Shown: positions 1-7,485 of the stretch, in pieces
Layout of the letters: each line of letters starts with the position of its first letter
Position numbering within the stretch: the first letter of the stretch is position 1
Assembly (NCBI GenBank): GCA_048941015.1
Contig: JBHLNZ010000091.1
Span: 1 to 11,363 of the forward strand
Origin: Promethearchaeota archaeon
GTDB lineage: Archaea; Asgardarchaeota; Lokiarchaeia; Sigyniarchaeales; SOKP01
DNA: 11,363 nucleotides
Reading direction: 5' to 3'
Notes under the pieces: model-generated
The model's input: only the letters and a program-made list of their open reading frames with translations
Database searches by the model: none
Told to the model about the DNA's origin: nothing
Made by a program: the position numbers and the translations under genes

Positions 1-1184
1 TTATTTGAGTCCCAATAACACCCTTTCGGCATATACCGAGCTGCTAATCTTGAACTTACTCCGCTTATCACAATTCCTTCACTTTCGAAGGGCACATTTT
101 TAGGGATATCATATATAGGAACAGAATCATTGTCCCATTTAAGAGCTTCCATTATCGGGCGATAATACTGATCATTTCCCCCTCTTTTTAAGTAAGGTTT
201 CCAATTTTCATAGCGTAATTCTTCTTTTGATATGATAAGGTGTTGCTTATTTTTATCATTATTTGTATTTCGTTTTCTAAAAATAGTAGCTAACTGTGTG
301 TCTTTGATTGCAGCTATATATTTCTTATTATTGTGAGTATGCATTCCAATATATCCTTTTACGTATGATTTTAATTTAGGTGACTCTTCAAATAGCTTAA
401 TTACTGAATCTTCTATGTTTGTGAAAAAGATATTGAATGGAAGAGATTGATATTTTATTTGCTTAATCTGATTTGAAATCTTCGTTTTCCAATAATCTTC
501 TTCGTTATTTATCCTTGGAATAACATTTATTTGATTATTATCCCTTGTATATTGATTATTCCCGCCCGTACATTTCGTTAGTATGATAATTAGGGGACTT
601 GTATTCACATTTTGATTTGAAAATAAATCTCTTGGAGCTAAAAGAATTTCATTTATAATACAGTTTTCAAGTATGAAGTTTCTTAGTTTTCTATGTGTGC
701 TTAAGGTTAAGAAAGAATCACTGGTTATAAAACCTAATTTTCCTCCTTCTTTTAATCTCCAAATACTATTAACAATAAACATTGAATAAGTTTCATGAGC
801 ATTGATATTCCCGTAAACTTTCTTTAACTCTTTTCGATTTCTACGTACATAAGAGCTTGATTTGTTTAAATATGGAGGATTTCCTACAATATAATCAAAT
901 TGATTGTAAGAATCAGGGTTGATCGATAAAAGGGTATCACATGTTGTAAACGAAATTCCTAAGTTCTCAATCTCTTCCTTATATTCAGAATTAATATCAA
1001 AAGCAAAAATTTGATCAGGATTTATTCCAGATTTCAACAAAGAATTGATGAAAACCCCTGGACCCACGCAAGGATCTAGGATTTGCTTTCCTAATTTGAT
1101 AGGTCCAATTCTTGATATGATATAATCTGCGGTATTATTTGGAGTTAATACAACACCTAATTCCTTATTAGCAGAATTGTTGAT
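1..1184 (-). CDS. N6-adenine DNA methyltransferase, gamma class (TaqI/Eco57I-like); 3'-truncated by the window edge, start codon uncertain
   Basis: Manual translation shows an uninterrupted minus-strand frame from 1208 to the window edge, missing from the ORF track. It carries motif X LGVVLTP (1140-1160), motif I ILDPCVGPGVF (about 1050-1082), AFDIN, motif IV FDYIVGNPPY (NPPY at 870-881), LKEGGKLGFITSDSFL, and a TRD-like C-terminal part (WKPYLKRGG...GVSSRLAARYMPKG). There is no in-frame ATG/GTG/TTG upstream of motif I; ATC at 1184-1182 is taken as the tentative start. Confidence 0.9.
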   Translation of the reverse strand, partial: MNNSANKELGVVLTPNNTADYIISRIGPIKLGKQILDPCVGPGVFINSLLKSGINPDQIFAFDINSEYKEEIENLGISFTTCDTLLSINPDSYNQFDYIVGNPPYLNKSSSYVRRNRKELKKVYGNINAHETYSMFIVNSIWRLKEGGKLGFITSDSFLTLSTHRKLRNFILENCIINEILLAPRDLFSNQNVNTSPLIIILTKCTGGNNQYTRDNNQINVIPRINNEEDYWKTKISNQIKQIKYQSLPFNIFFTNIEDSVIKLFEESPKLKSYVKGYIGMHTHNNKKYIAAIKDTQLATIFRKRNTNNDKNKQHLIISKEELRYENWKPYLKRGGNDQYYRPIMEALKWDNDSVPIYDIPKNVPFESEGIVISGVSSRLAARYMPKGCYWDSN

Positions 1185-1208
1185 TTTACAACACTTTGAG
1201 CGTTTATT

Positions 1209-2375
1209 TTAATTATTATTTATATTAAGATTAGTATCATAGTTTTTTAAACTCGTGGTAATAACTTCGCATAATTTTGCAAGGACTTTTTCATCTACTT
1301 TATCAATAGTATCATGAATTGAATGGATATACCGATAAGACTCCATATCTCCTATTCCAAAGCCTTGAAAATTCTTTTTCTTTAAAAAATAACCATCAGA
1401 ATTAGAACCTACATGAAGTTTTCGATAATAACTATTAATTTTTAAACCTACATCATTGTTTAATAATTTAGAATAGAGATCTCGTATTCTTTCTGAGACG
1501 TTTTTTCCAGGAAATAAACATATACTTTTAGCAATCGCGTCAAAATTGAAAATTATTGATGTATGTTTGTTGATAAGTGAATATTCTCTGTAGAAATGTC
1601 TTATTCCCATGGTACCACACTCTTCTGCTCCAGTGAATATAAACCATAAATTAAAATGCTTTAATCTCGAATCTAGATTTAAGTAATATCGTATAAGCTC
1701 CAATACACAAGCTATTCCTGAGGCATTATCAATAGCCCCATTAGAATCGTTATTTGTAGAGTTAACGATTATTAAACATGTAGCTAATCCATTTATAATT
1801 AGAGGAAAAAGACCTATTATATAAAATAAAACATTAGCTTGAGGCCATATGAAATTTTTTATTAGAATAACTATAAATGTGCTTAATATTGAGAAAACAT
1901 AATATCTCGAAGCTCTAATCCGAGCTAAGATTGAAATTTGTTGCCCTTTTGAATCTAAATGACAACAAAACATGATTATATTTTGAAGATTATTTTTCGT
2001 TGTCTCTTCTTCCATTTTAACTATTAAGTTTCGAGATGGTAGTACTTTTCCCTTGTTGATATTTTCTGGATTCCTAGTGTAAAAAAATAAAATAACCAAT
2101 ATTCCAGAAGCTATTATTAAAATAATTGGAAAAATAACTCCCTTAATGTTAAGGAATAGAATAAGAATTATTAGAAATAATAAGAATAAAGAAATTTTTG
2201 GATAAACCCTTGAGTAAAATGTACTGAAATTGAATTCTTGAGTAATGGGTTTGAGATTTAAGTTTTTTACTTCTTGTATTGCCAAGTTAAAAGCTTTTTC
2301 CTCAAATTTTGTACCAGATAATCTGGGAAAGGAAAAAATCTCCAAATCTTTCTTAATTCGGTTTTGATTAATCAT
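1209..2375 (-). CDS. Membrane-embedded M28-family metallopeptidase
   Basis: M28 motifs are intact: CHLDSK, GAIDNASG, FTGAEECG, NFDAI, SDG and YIHSIHDT. About four hydrophobic segments form two TM hairpins. N-terminal FPRLSGT motif is present. Confidence 0.88.
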   Translation of the reverse strand: MINQNRIKKDLEIFSFPRLSGTKFEEKAFNLAIQEVKNLNLKPITQEFNFSTFYSRVYPKISLFLLFLIILILFLNIKGVIFPIILIIASGILVILFFYTRNPENINKGKVLPSRNLIVKMEEETTKNNLQNIIMFCCHLDSKGQQISILARIRASRYYVFSILSTFIVILIKNFIWPQANVLFYIIGLFPLIINGLATCLIIVNSTNNDSNGAIDNASGIACVLELIRYYLNLDSRLKHFNLWFIFTGAEECGTMGIRHFYREYSLINKHTSIIFNFDAIAKSICLFPGKNVSERIRDLYSKLLNNDVGLKINSYYRKLHVGSNSDGYFLKKKNFQGFGIGDMESYRYIHSIHDTIDKVDEKVLAKLCEVITTSLKNYDTNLNINNN

Positions 2376-2395
2376 AATATCTTTTGGTCATTAAA

Positions 2396-4069
2396 TTATT
2401 CTAGATAAGCCCCATATCTCGCTGAACTTACAATTTTACTATATATCTTTAAAAAGCCTTCATTTAACTTAGGTGCTGGTTTTATCCAATTATTTAACCT
2501 TTTTTCTATTTCGATATTTGAAATCAATAAACTTAAACTACGATTCTGAATGTCGATTTCAATCAGATCTCCTTCTCTTACTATAGCAATTGGGCCCCCT
2601 TCAAATGCTTCTGGACATACATGTCCTATACATGGACCTCTTGTTGCACCAGAATATCTTCCATCTGTAATCATCGCAACTGATTTGTCTAACCCCATTC
2701 CAACTAAAATAGCAGCGGGAATCGATAATTCCCTCATTCCAGGGGCTCCTTTAGGGCCTTCATATCTTATAACGAGCACATCGCCTTCTCTCACATTATT
2801 ATTAATTAATGCTTCTTTAACTTCCTCTTCATTTTCAAAAACCTTAGCAGGACCTACGAATTTCTTATATCTTATTGTATCATCAACAGCGCTTTGTTTA
2901 ATAATTGCCCCTTCTGGTGCTAAATTTCCTTTTAAAACTGCGATTCCTCCTTCTGGTGAAATTGGATCATTATAATCACGAATGATCTGGTAATCTTGTA
3001 TTTCAATTAAGCTTAGGTAATCTTTTAATGTTATTCTTAATACTGTTTTACAAGATAAATCCAAAATATCTGATAATTTTTTCATTAGTACTCCTACTCC
3101 TCCCACTTGATGAAAATCACTGATATTATATTCAGAAGCAGGTTTGAATTTAGCTAACAATGGAATCGATTTACTTAATTTTTCGAACTCAAAATGATCT
3201 AAACTACCCCCAATTTCATGTGAAAGCGCACACATATGGAGGATCATATTAGTAGAGCCACCAAAAGAAAGCGCCGTTTTAATACCATTCTCAATTGACT
3301 GCTGGTTAATTATATTTAAAAATTTTATTTTCTCTTTTATTAAATCCATTATTACTTTTCCTGTTTCCTTCGTTAAATCCTCGCGTTCCTTGCATATAGC
3401 ACTCATAGTAGCACAACCAGGCAAAGATAGGCCCATTGCTTCAACTATACAGGCCATTGTAATTGCAGTCCCCATCATATTGCATGCCCCTGGAGAACAA
3501 CAAGTTTGGGATTCAATAAGTAGAAACTCTTCTTTAGAAAGCTTTCCTACCTTAAATTGGCCTATTGCTTCTTTAATATCAGACGTAACGTAAGTCTTAC
3601 CTTTTAATGGGCCGTTCTGAAAAGTTTTTGGTTCCATTACGCCACCGGTTAAAAATATTGTTGGTATATTACATCTTGCTGCTGCTAATAACATCCCTGG
3701 AATTATTTTATCACAAGAACATAACATGACCATTCCATCAAAATTATAAGCTTTTATAGTACTTTCAATTGAGGCTGCAATAATTTCTCGTGAAGGTAAG
3801 ATGTATTTAGAAAAGTTTCCCGAATTAGCAATTCCATCACAGTTTGCAATAGTATTAAACTCCATTGGTGTTCCTCCAGCACTTTTAATCGCTTCCTTTA
3901 CAATTGCACTTAGTTTTTTTAAATGAATATGACCAGGATTGATCTCATTCCATGAATTTACGATGGCTATCCTTGGTTTATTTAAATCATCATAAGAATA
4001 CCCACACCCGAGATATAAAGCCCTAGCATAGGATTTAAGAAGATCTATATCAATTTTATTTAATGTCAT
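2396..4069 (-). CDS. ilvD: Dihydroxy-acid dehydratase, IlvD/Edd family (Fe-S dehydratase; substrate may be a sugar acid rather than a BCAA precursor)
   Basis: 557 aa with NPGHIHL, NCDG, CDKIIPG, GACNMMGTA, GGSTN, LKGNLAPEGA, RYEGPKGAPGM, TDGRYSGATRG and GHVCPEA motifs. Confidence 0.9.
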   Translation of the reverse strand: MTLNKIDIDLLKSYARALYLGCGYSYDDLNKPRIAIVNSWNEINPGHIHLKKLSAIVKEAIKSAGGTPMEFNTIANCDGIANSGNFSKYILPSREIIAASIESTIKAYNFDGMVMLCSCDKIIPGMLLAAARCNIPTIFLTGGVMEPKTFQNGPLKGKTYVTSDIKEAIGQFKVGKLSKEEFLLIESQTCCSPGACNMMGTAITMACIVEAMGLSLPGCATMSAICKEREDLTKETGKVIMDLIKEKIKFLNIINQQSIENGIKTALSFGGSTNMILHMCALSHEIGGSLDHFEFEKLSKSIPLLAKFKPASEYNISDFHQVGGVGVLMKKLSDILDLSCKTVLRITLKDYLSLIEIQDYQIIRDYNDPISPEGGIAVLKGNLAPEGAIIKQSAVDDTIRYKKFVGPAKVFENEEEVKEALINNNVREGDVLVIRYEGPKGAPGMRELSIPAAILVGMGLDKSVAMITDGRYSGATRGPCIGHVCPEAFEGGPIAIVREGDLIEIDIQNRSLSLLISNIEIEKRLNNWIKPAPKLNEGFLKIYSKIVSSARYGAYLE

Positions 4070-4171
4070 TTTTATTCTTTAATCTTCAATTATAATATCT
4101 CAATTAATATTCTAATCTAAATTTTATCTGAAAACCTTTTTTAAAAGTTACTGGTTTCTATAAAGTGATTC

Positions 4172-4179
4172 TTATAAAT
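4172..4179 (+). promoter_or_regulatory. Putative TATA box for oxidoreductase A (near-leaderless transcript)
   Basis: TTATAAAT lies 26-33 nt upstream of ATG 4205 and no SD motif is visible. An alternative BRE/TATA-like GAAAACCTTTTTTAAAA lies at about 4130-4146. Confidence 0.3.
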
Positions 4180-4204
4180 TTTATTAAATATTCTAATAAC
4201 TAAT

Positions 4205-5308
4205 ATGCTAAAAGTAGGAATAATAGGTACTGGAGTTATATTTGACTTAAATATATTAGGTTATTTAAGTAACCCAGAGATTAAAATAACATGCTTATGT
4301 AATAGAACTATAGAAAAAGCGAAATCTAAGATAAAAAAGTTTAATTTGGATAAAAATATAAGACTCTACTCCAATTATAAGGAAATGATTGATAAAGAAG
4401 ATTTAGACATTATTGAAATATTATTACCTCACCACCTGCATGCTGATGCCTCTATTTGTGCTGCTAAAAAAGGAATAAAAGGAATTTCGGTACAAAAACC
4501 CATGGCTTTAAATTTAGAAGAAGCAGATAAAATGATTGACGCGTGTAATGAGTCCAATTCAATTTTGTCAATATATGAAAATTTCGTTTTTGCTCCCCAT
4601 ATAATGAAAGCAAAAGAATTGATCGAACAAGATTATATAGGTGATCCCTCATCAATACGGATTAAAACAGCAATGGGAGATATAGGAGGTTGGACTGTTC
4701 CAAAAAGTGCGGAAAAGTGGAGGAAAGACCCAGAAAAAATAGGTGGCACTAGAATGGGTTCTCCTGTATTATTAGATAATGGATGGCACAATTTCACATT
4801 AGCTTGGTGGTTATTTAACGAAGAAATTGAAAAAGTTTTTGCTTGGACTGGAAATTATAAAGGGATCGATGCTCCTGCATATGTGATGTTTAAATATAAA
4901 CAAAATTTAGAACATATTATTCCTCAGTATGGCAATATGGAATTTTCTTTAATGCCAGAAATGGTTATACCTTCTAAGTATTATCCTACAGACGAATTTA
5001 TAGAAATCATTGCTAGTCGCGGTATTATGAATATTAATCAAGGAACCTCAATTGGAAATATTATGACTGAATCGGAAATTTTTGCTCCAATAGTCATAAT
5101 TCGAGATGGGAAAGTAGAATCTTATAATGAATTTGAAAATGATTGGAAAATCAGCTTTATCAATGCAACTAAACATTTTATTGAAGTTGTAAAAGGAAAC
5201 GAAAAACCAATTTTATCTGGTGATAATGCAAAATATATATTAAAGTTTAATTTAGCAGCAATAAAATCTTCTGAAACAGGAAAAGAAATTTATCTAGATG
5301 AACTCTAA
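4205..5308 (+). CDS. Gfo/Idh/MocA family NAD(P)-dependent oxidoreductase (paralog A)
   Basis: N-terminal Rossmann motif KVGIIGTGVI, then PHHLH, VQKPMA (variant of EKP) and the catalytic-region motif LLDNGWH. Confidence 0.9.
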   Translation: MLKVGIIGTGVIFDLNILGYLSNPEIKITCLCNRTIEKAKSKIKKFNLDKNIRLYSNYKEMIDKEDLDIIEILLPHHLHADASICAAKKGIKGISVQKPMALNLEEADKMIDACNESNSILSIYENFVFAPHIMKAKELIEQDYIGDPSSIRIKTAMGDIGGWTVPKSAEKWRKDPEKIGGTRMGSPVLLDNGWHNFTLAWWLFNEEIEKVFAWTGNYKGIDAPAYVMFKYKQNLEHIIPQYGNMEFSLMPEMVIPSKYYPTDEFIEIIASRGIMNINQGTSIGNIMTESEIFAPIVIIRDGKVESYNEFENDWKISFINATKHFIEVVKGNEKPILSGDNAKYILKFNLAAIKSSETGKEIYLDEL

Positions 5309-5317
5309 AGAGTAATT

Positions 5318-6574
5318 CTATTGATCATATTGATATTTAAAATTTGTATTCTTTAAACCTTGACTTATTCCTTTCCTTAAATCTTTCCTCTTTCTTCTAA
5401 ACATCAGACTATGACCACGTCCATCTAAATTTTCAGGGTTCTTAACCAAGCATATTCCTTTTTCCTCGTTTTTGGAAGAAATTTCCTCCCAATTTACAAT
5501 TCTATTTTCTTGGTATGAAACATAAGGCATTTTGGCAAAAATACATAAATTTTTTCCTTGCTCACCATTATAAATTGGCGTTCCCCCGTTTTTTATTACA
5601 TCTATAAAATGCTCTGTCGAATTTATAAAAGAATGCCTCCAATCTCGTGGTAATTCATTACCATGAGATTTTACTTCTCCATTAGAGAAGACAACAATAG
5701 GAGGATATTGTGGCGTTTTTGATAAAAAATTGCCTCCACAAGTACATTGATTTATCCACATCATTCCTTTAGTACCTGAAATTTCAATAAATTCATCATT
5801 AGGGTAATAATTGCTTGGATAATAAACATTTGGAGCAATAGTGAATTGCATTGAACCAAAGATGGGAGGATCACCTTCATTTCTTTGAGGATATTTCCAA
5901 AAGGTAAAACTTGGAATATCTTGGGCTCCTTGGAAGTAATCAATCCAACTATACAATTCTTCCACACGTTCTTGACCCATTAACCATAGTGCCATTGAAA
6001 ATTTATGAAAGCCATCATCATAAATCCATGGTCCTCCACCACAAGTTTCTGAATCGGTTCGCCAAACGAAAGACTTTAGATCAACAGGCATACTTGGACC
6101 TCCCATAACAATAGTTTTTATTCTAAAATTTGTGAGTTGACCGATAATGCCATTCTCTAATAACTCTTTTGCTTTTAGGTAAACAGGATAAAATCTAAAA
6201 TTTTCATATAATTTTAACTTAACTTTCTCTTCCTTACAAACTTGAATCATTTTTTCGCAAGCTGAAATAGTATTAGCTAACGGTTTTTGTACTGAAATAC
6301 CGCGAATTCCTGATTTTGCGGCATATTCAGTCATAGGAGCATGAAGATGATGTGGTGTTAAAATTTCTATAATGTCGAGGTCTTCTCTATCTATCATTTT
6401 TTGATAGTCTTCATAGACTTTAGTTATTCTAAGACCCCAACGTTCCAACTTTTTTCCAGCCTTTTTGAAATCAGTATCACAAACAGCAACTAACTCTGTC
6501 TCTTGGGAATGAAAATAACCTAAAACATTGAGATTGGCAATTTCTCCCATCCCAATAATTCCTACTCTTAACAT
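5318..6574 (-). CDS. Gfo/Idh/MocA family NAD(P)-dependent oxidoreductase (paralog B)
   Basis: RVGIIGMGEI, TPHHLH, VQKPLA and GGGPWIYDDGFH motifs. It is visibly homologous to 4205-5308 and has a basic C-terminal extension. Confidence 0.9.
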   Translation of the reverse strand: MLRVGIIGMGEIANLNVLGYFHSQETELVAVCDTDFKKAGKKLERWGLRITKVYEDYQKMIDREDLDIIEILTPHHLHAPMTEYAAKSGIRGISVQKPLANTISACEKMIQVCKEEKVKLKLYENFRFYPVYLKAKELLENGIIGQLTNFRIKTIVMGGPSMPVDLKSFVWRTDSETCGGGPWIYDDGFHKFSMALWLMGQERVEELYSWIDYFQGAQDIPSFTFWKYPQRNEGDPPIFGSMQFTIAPNVYYPSNYYPNDEFIEISGTKGMMWINQCTCGGNFLSKTPQYPPIVVFSNGEVKSHGNELPRDWRHSFINSTEHFIDVIKNGGTPIYNGEQGKNLCIFAKMPYVSYQENRIVNWEEISSKNEEKGICLVKNPENLDGRGHSLMFRRKRKDLRKGISQGLKNTNFKYQYDQ

Positions 6575-6621
6575 ATCATAAGAATTTAATAATTAGTAAT
6601 AATAACTTTAATTCAATAGCT

Positions 6622-6638
6622 ATTTTAAACTTTTATCG
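6622..6638 (-). promoter_or_regulatory. Putative archaeal BRE + TATA box for oxidoreductase B
   Basis: The minus strand reads CGATAAAAG-TTTAAAAT, a purine-rich BRE-like segment directly followed by a TATA-like box. It lies about 48 nt upstream of the ATG at 6574. Confidence 0.5.
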
Positions 6639-6647
6639 TATTTTTAT

Positions 6648-7361
6648 TCAAATTTCAGTTGGCAATTGAATCTCAAATTTGCATACATCATCACCATTCA
6701 TCACTGTCTCTAAAATTTTGACCTTTACCGGTTTTTGAAGTATCTCTTCCCAAATTCCTTTATAAAAACCTGCTCCACAATAACAATAAGTCATTGGTAT
6801 TTGAATGTTTAATTTTAATGCATCTTTTACTCTGGGACAATGACAATATATTTTCCTTTTTTCCTCTTTATCATCTATACCGTAATAATCTACTATATGT
6901 CCACTCTTGGGTATCTTTGTAGCAATTATTTTATTTCCTTTTAAAACTCCCGCAGAGCCCCATCCCTTACTGATAATATCTTTTATAATCCCCTCAGTAA
7001 GGTTAAGAGAAGGATTCTTAAGAAGTTCTTCAAATTGTGCTTGAAGCATTTGATGAGCTAAATAAACATCCTTATTTTTTTTATAGTTTTCCTTAATAAT
7101 TTGTAATTGATTTTTTGGATATTGGCATGAACAACTGGTCATTATTTCTGCTTTTTTTTGATCATCTAGTAGAAAATCCATTTTTTCAATTGCTTTTTTT
7201 GACCATTGTATTATATCTTCTCTCTTAGATTTATCAGATAATCCTTCACTTTCTTTCATTATTTTTTTGCGGACTTTAATCCCGGCAATTTTATCGAGAC
7301 TTTTAGAATATTTTGCGATCCAATACTTCTCAAAATCAAACTCATCTGTCACTTGAATCAC
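6648..7361 (-). CDS. Cys-rich V4R-like / DUF6144-like uncharacterised protein (probably metal-binding)
   Basis: Motifs CSC, YCHCPRV and TYCYCGAGFYKGIWE, and a C-terminal V4R-like ILETVMNGDDVCKFEI. The start is GTG at 7361 or, more likely, GTG at 7352 with AGTGAT as an SD-like sequence. Confidence 0.7.
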   Translation of the reverse strand: MIQVTDEFDFEKYWIAKYSKSLDKIAGIKVRKKIMKESEGLSDKSKREDIIQWSKKAIEKMDFLLDDQKKAEIMTSCSCQYPKNQLQIIKENYKKNKDVYLAHQMLQAQFEELLKNPSLNLTEGIIKDIISKGWGSAGVLKGNKIIATKIPKSGHIVDYYGIDDKEEKRKIYCHCPRVKDALKLNIQIPMTYCYCGAGFYKGIWEEILQKPVKVKILETVMNGDDVCKFEIQLPTEI

Positions 7362-7441
7362 TTTTTCTTTAAGAATAGCTCATGAAAATAAATTATTAAA
7401 TTCTTTTTAAAATAAATGTACATCTACAATTGTAAAATTCT

Positions 7442-7477
7442 AAAAAAAATAATAATAGAATAAAAATAAAATTAAAA
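7442..7477 (-). terminator. Putative archaeal oligo-U terminator after the MFS gene
   Basis: The minus strand downstream of the stop at 7486 has successive T-runs, including T8 at 7442-7449. Confidence 0.4.
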
Positions 7478-7485
7478 TTGTAATT

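Noticed and set aside
2550-2975. 141-aa plus-strand ORF
   Set aside because: It is an antisense shadow wholly inside the conserved IlvD-family gene and has no recognisable motifs.
3390-3593. 67-aa plus-strand ORF
   Set aside because: It is antisense to the IlvD-family gene and has no independent support.
4106-4197. 11-bp direct repeat AATATTCTAAT at 4106-4116 and 4187-4197 in the divergent promoter
   Set aside because: There are only two copies, nearly all A/T, in a very AT-rich spacer. It is not a CRISPR or a TSD flanking any element and is plausibly chance.
4464-4655. 63-aa minus-strand ORF
   Set aside because: It is short, antisense within oxidoreductase A, and has no motifs.
5302-5313. 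Mini inverted repeat ACTCT-AA-AGAGT at the convergent junction
   Set aside because: The stem is too short to be a credible bidirectional terminator.
5761-6108. Two short ORFs (5761-5967 minus, 5911-6108 plus)
   Set aside because: They are alternate-frame or antisense ORFs inside oxidoreductase B, whose own frame is intact.
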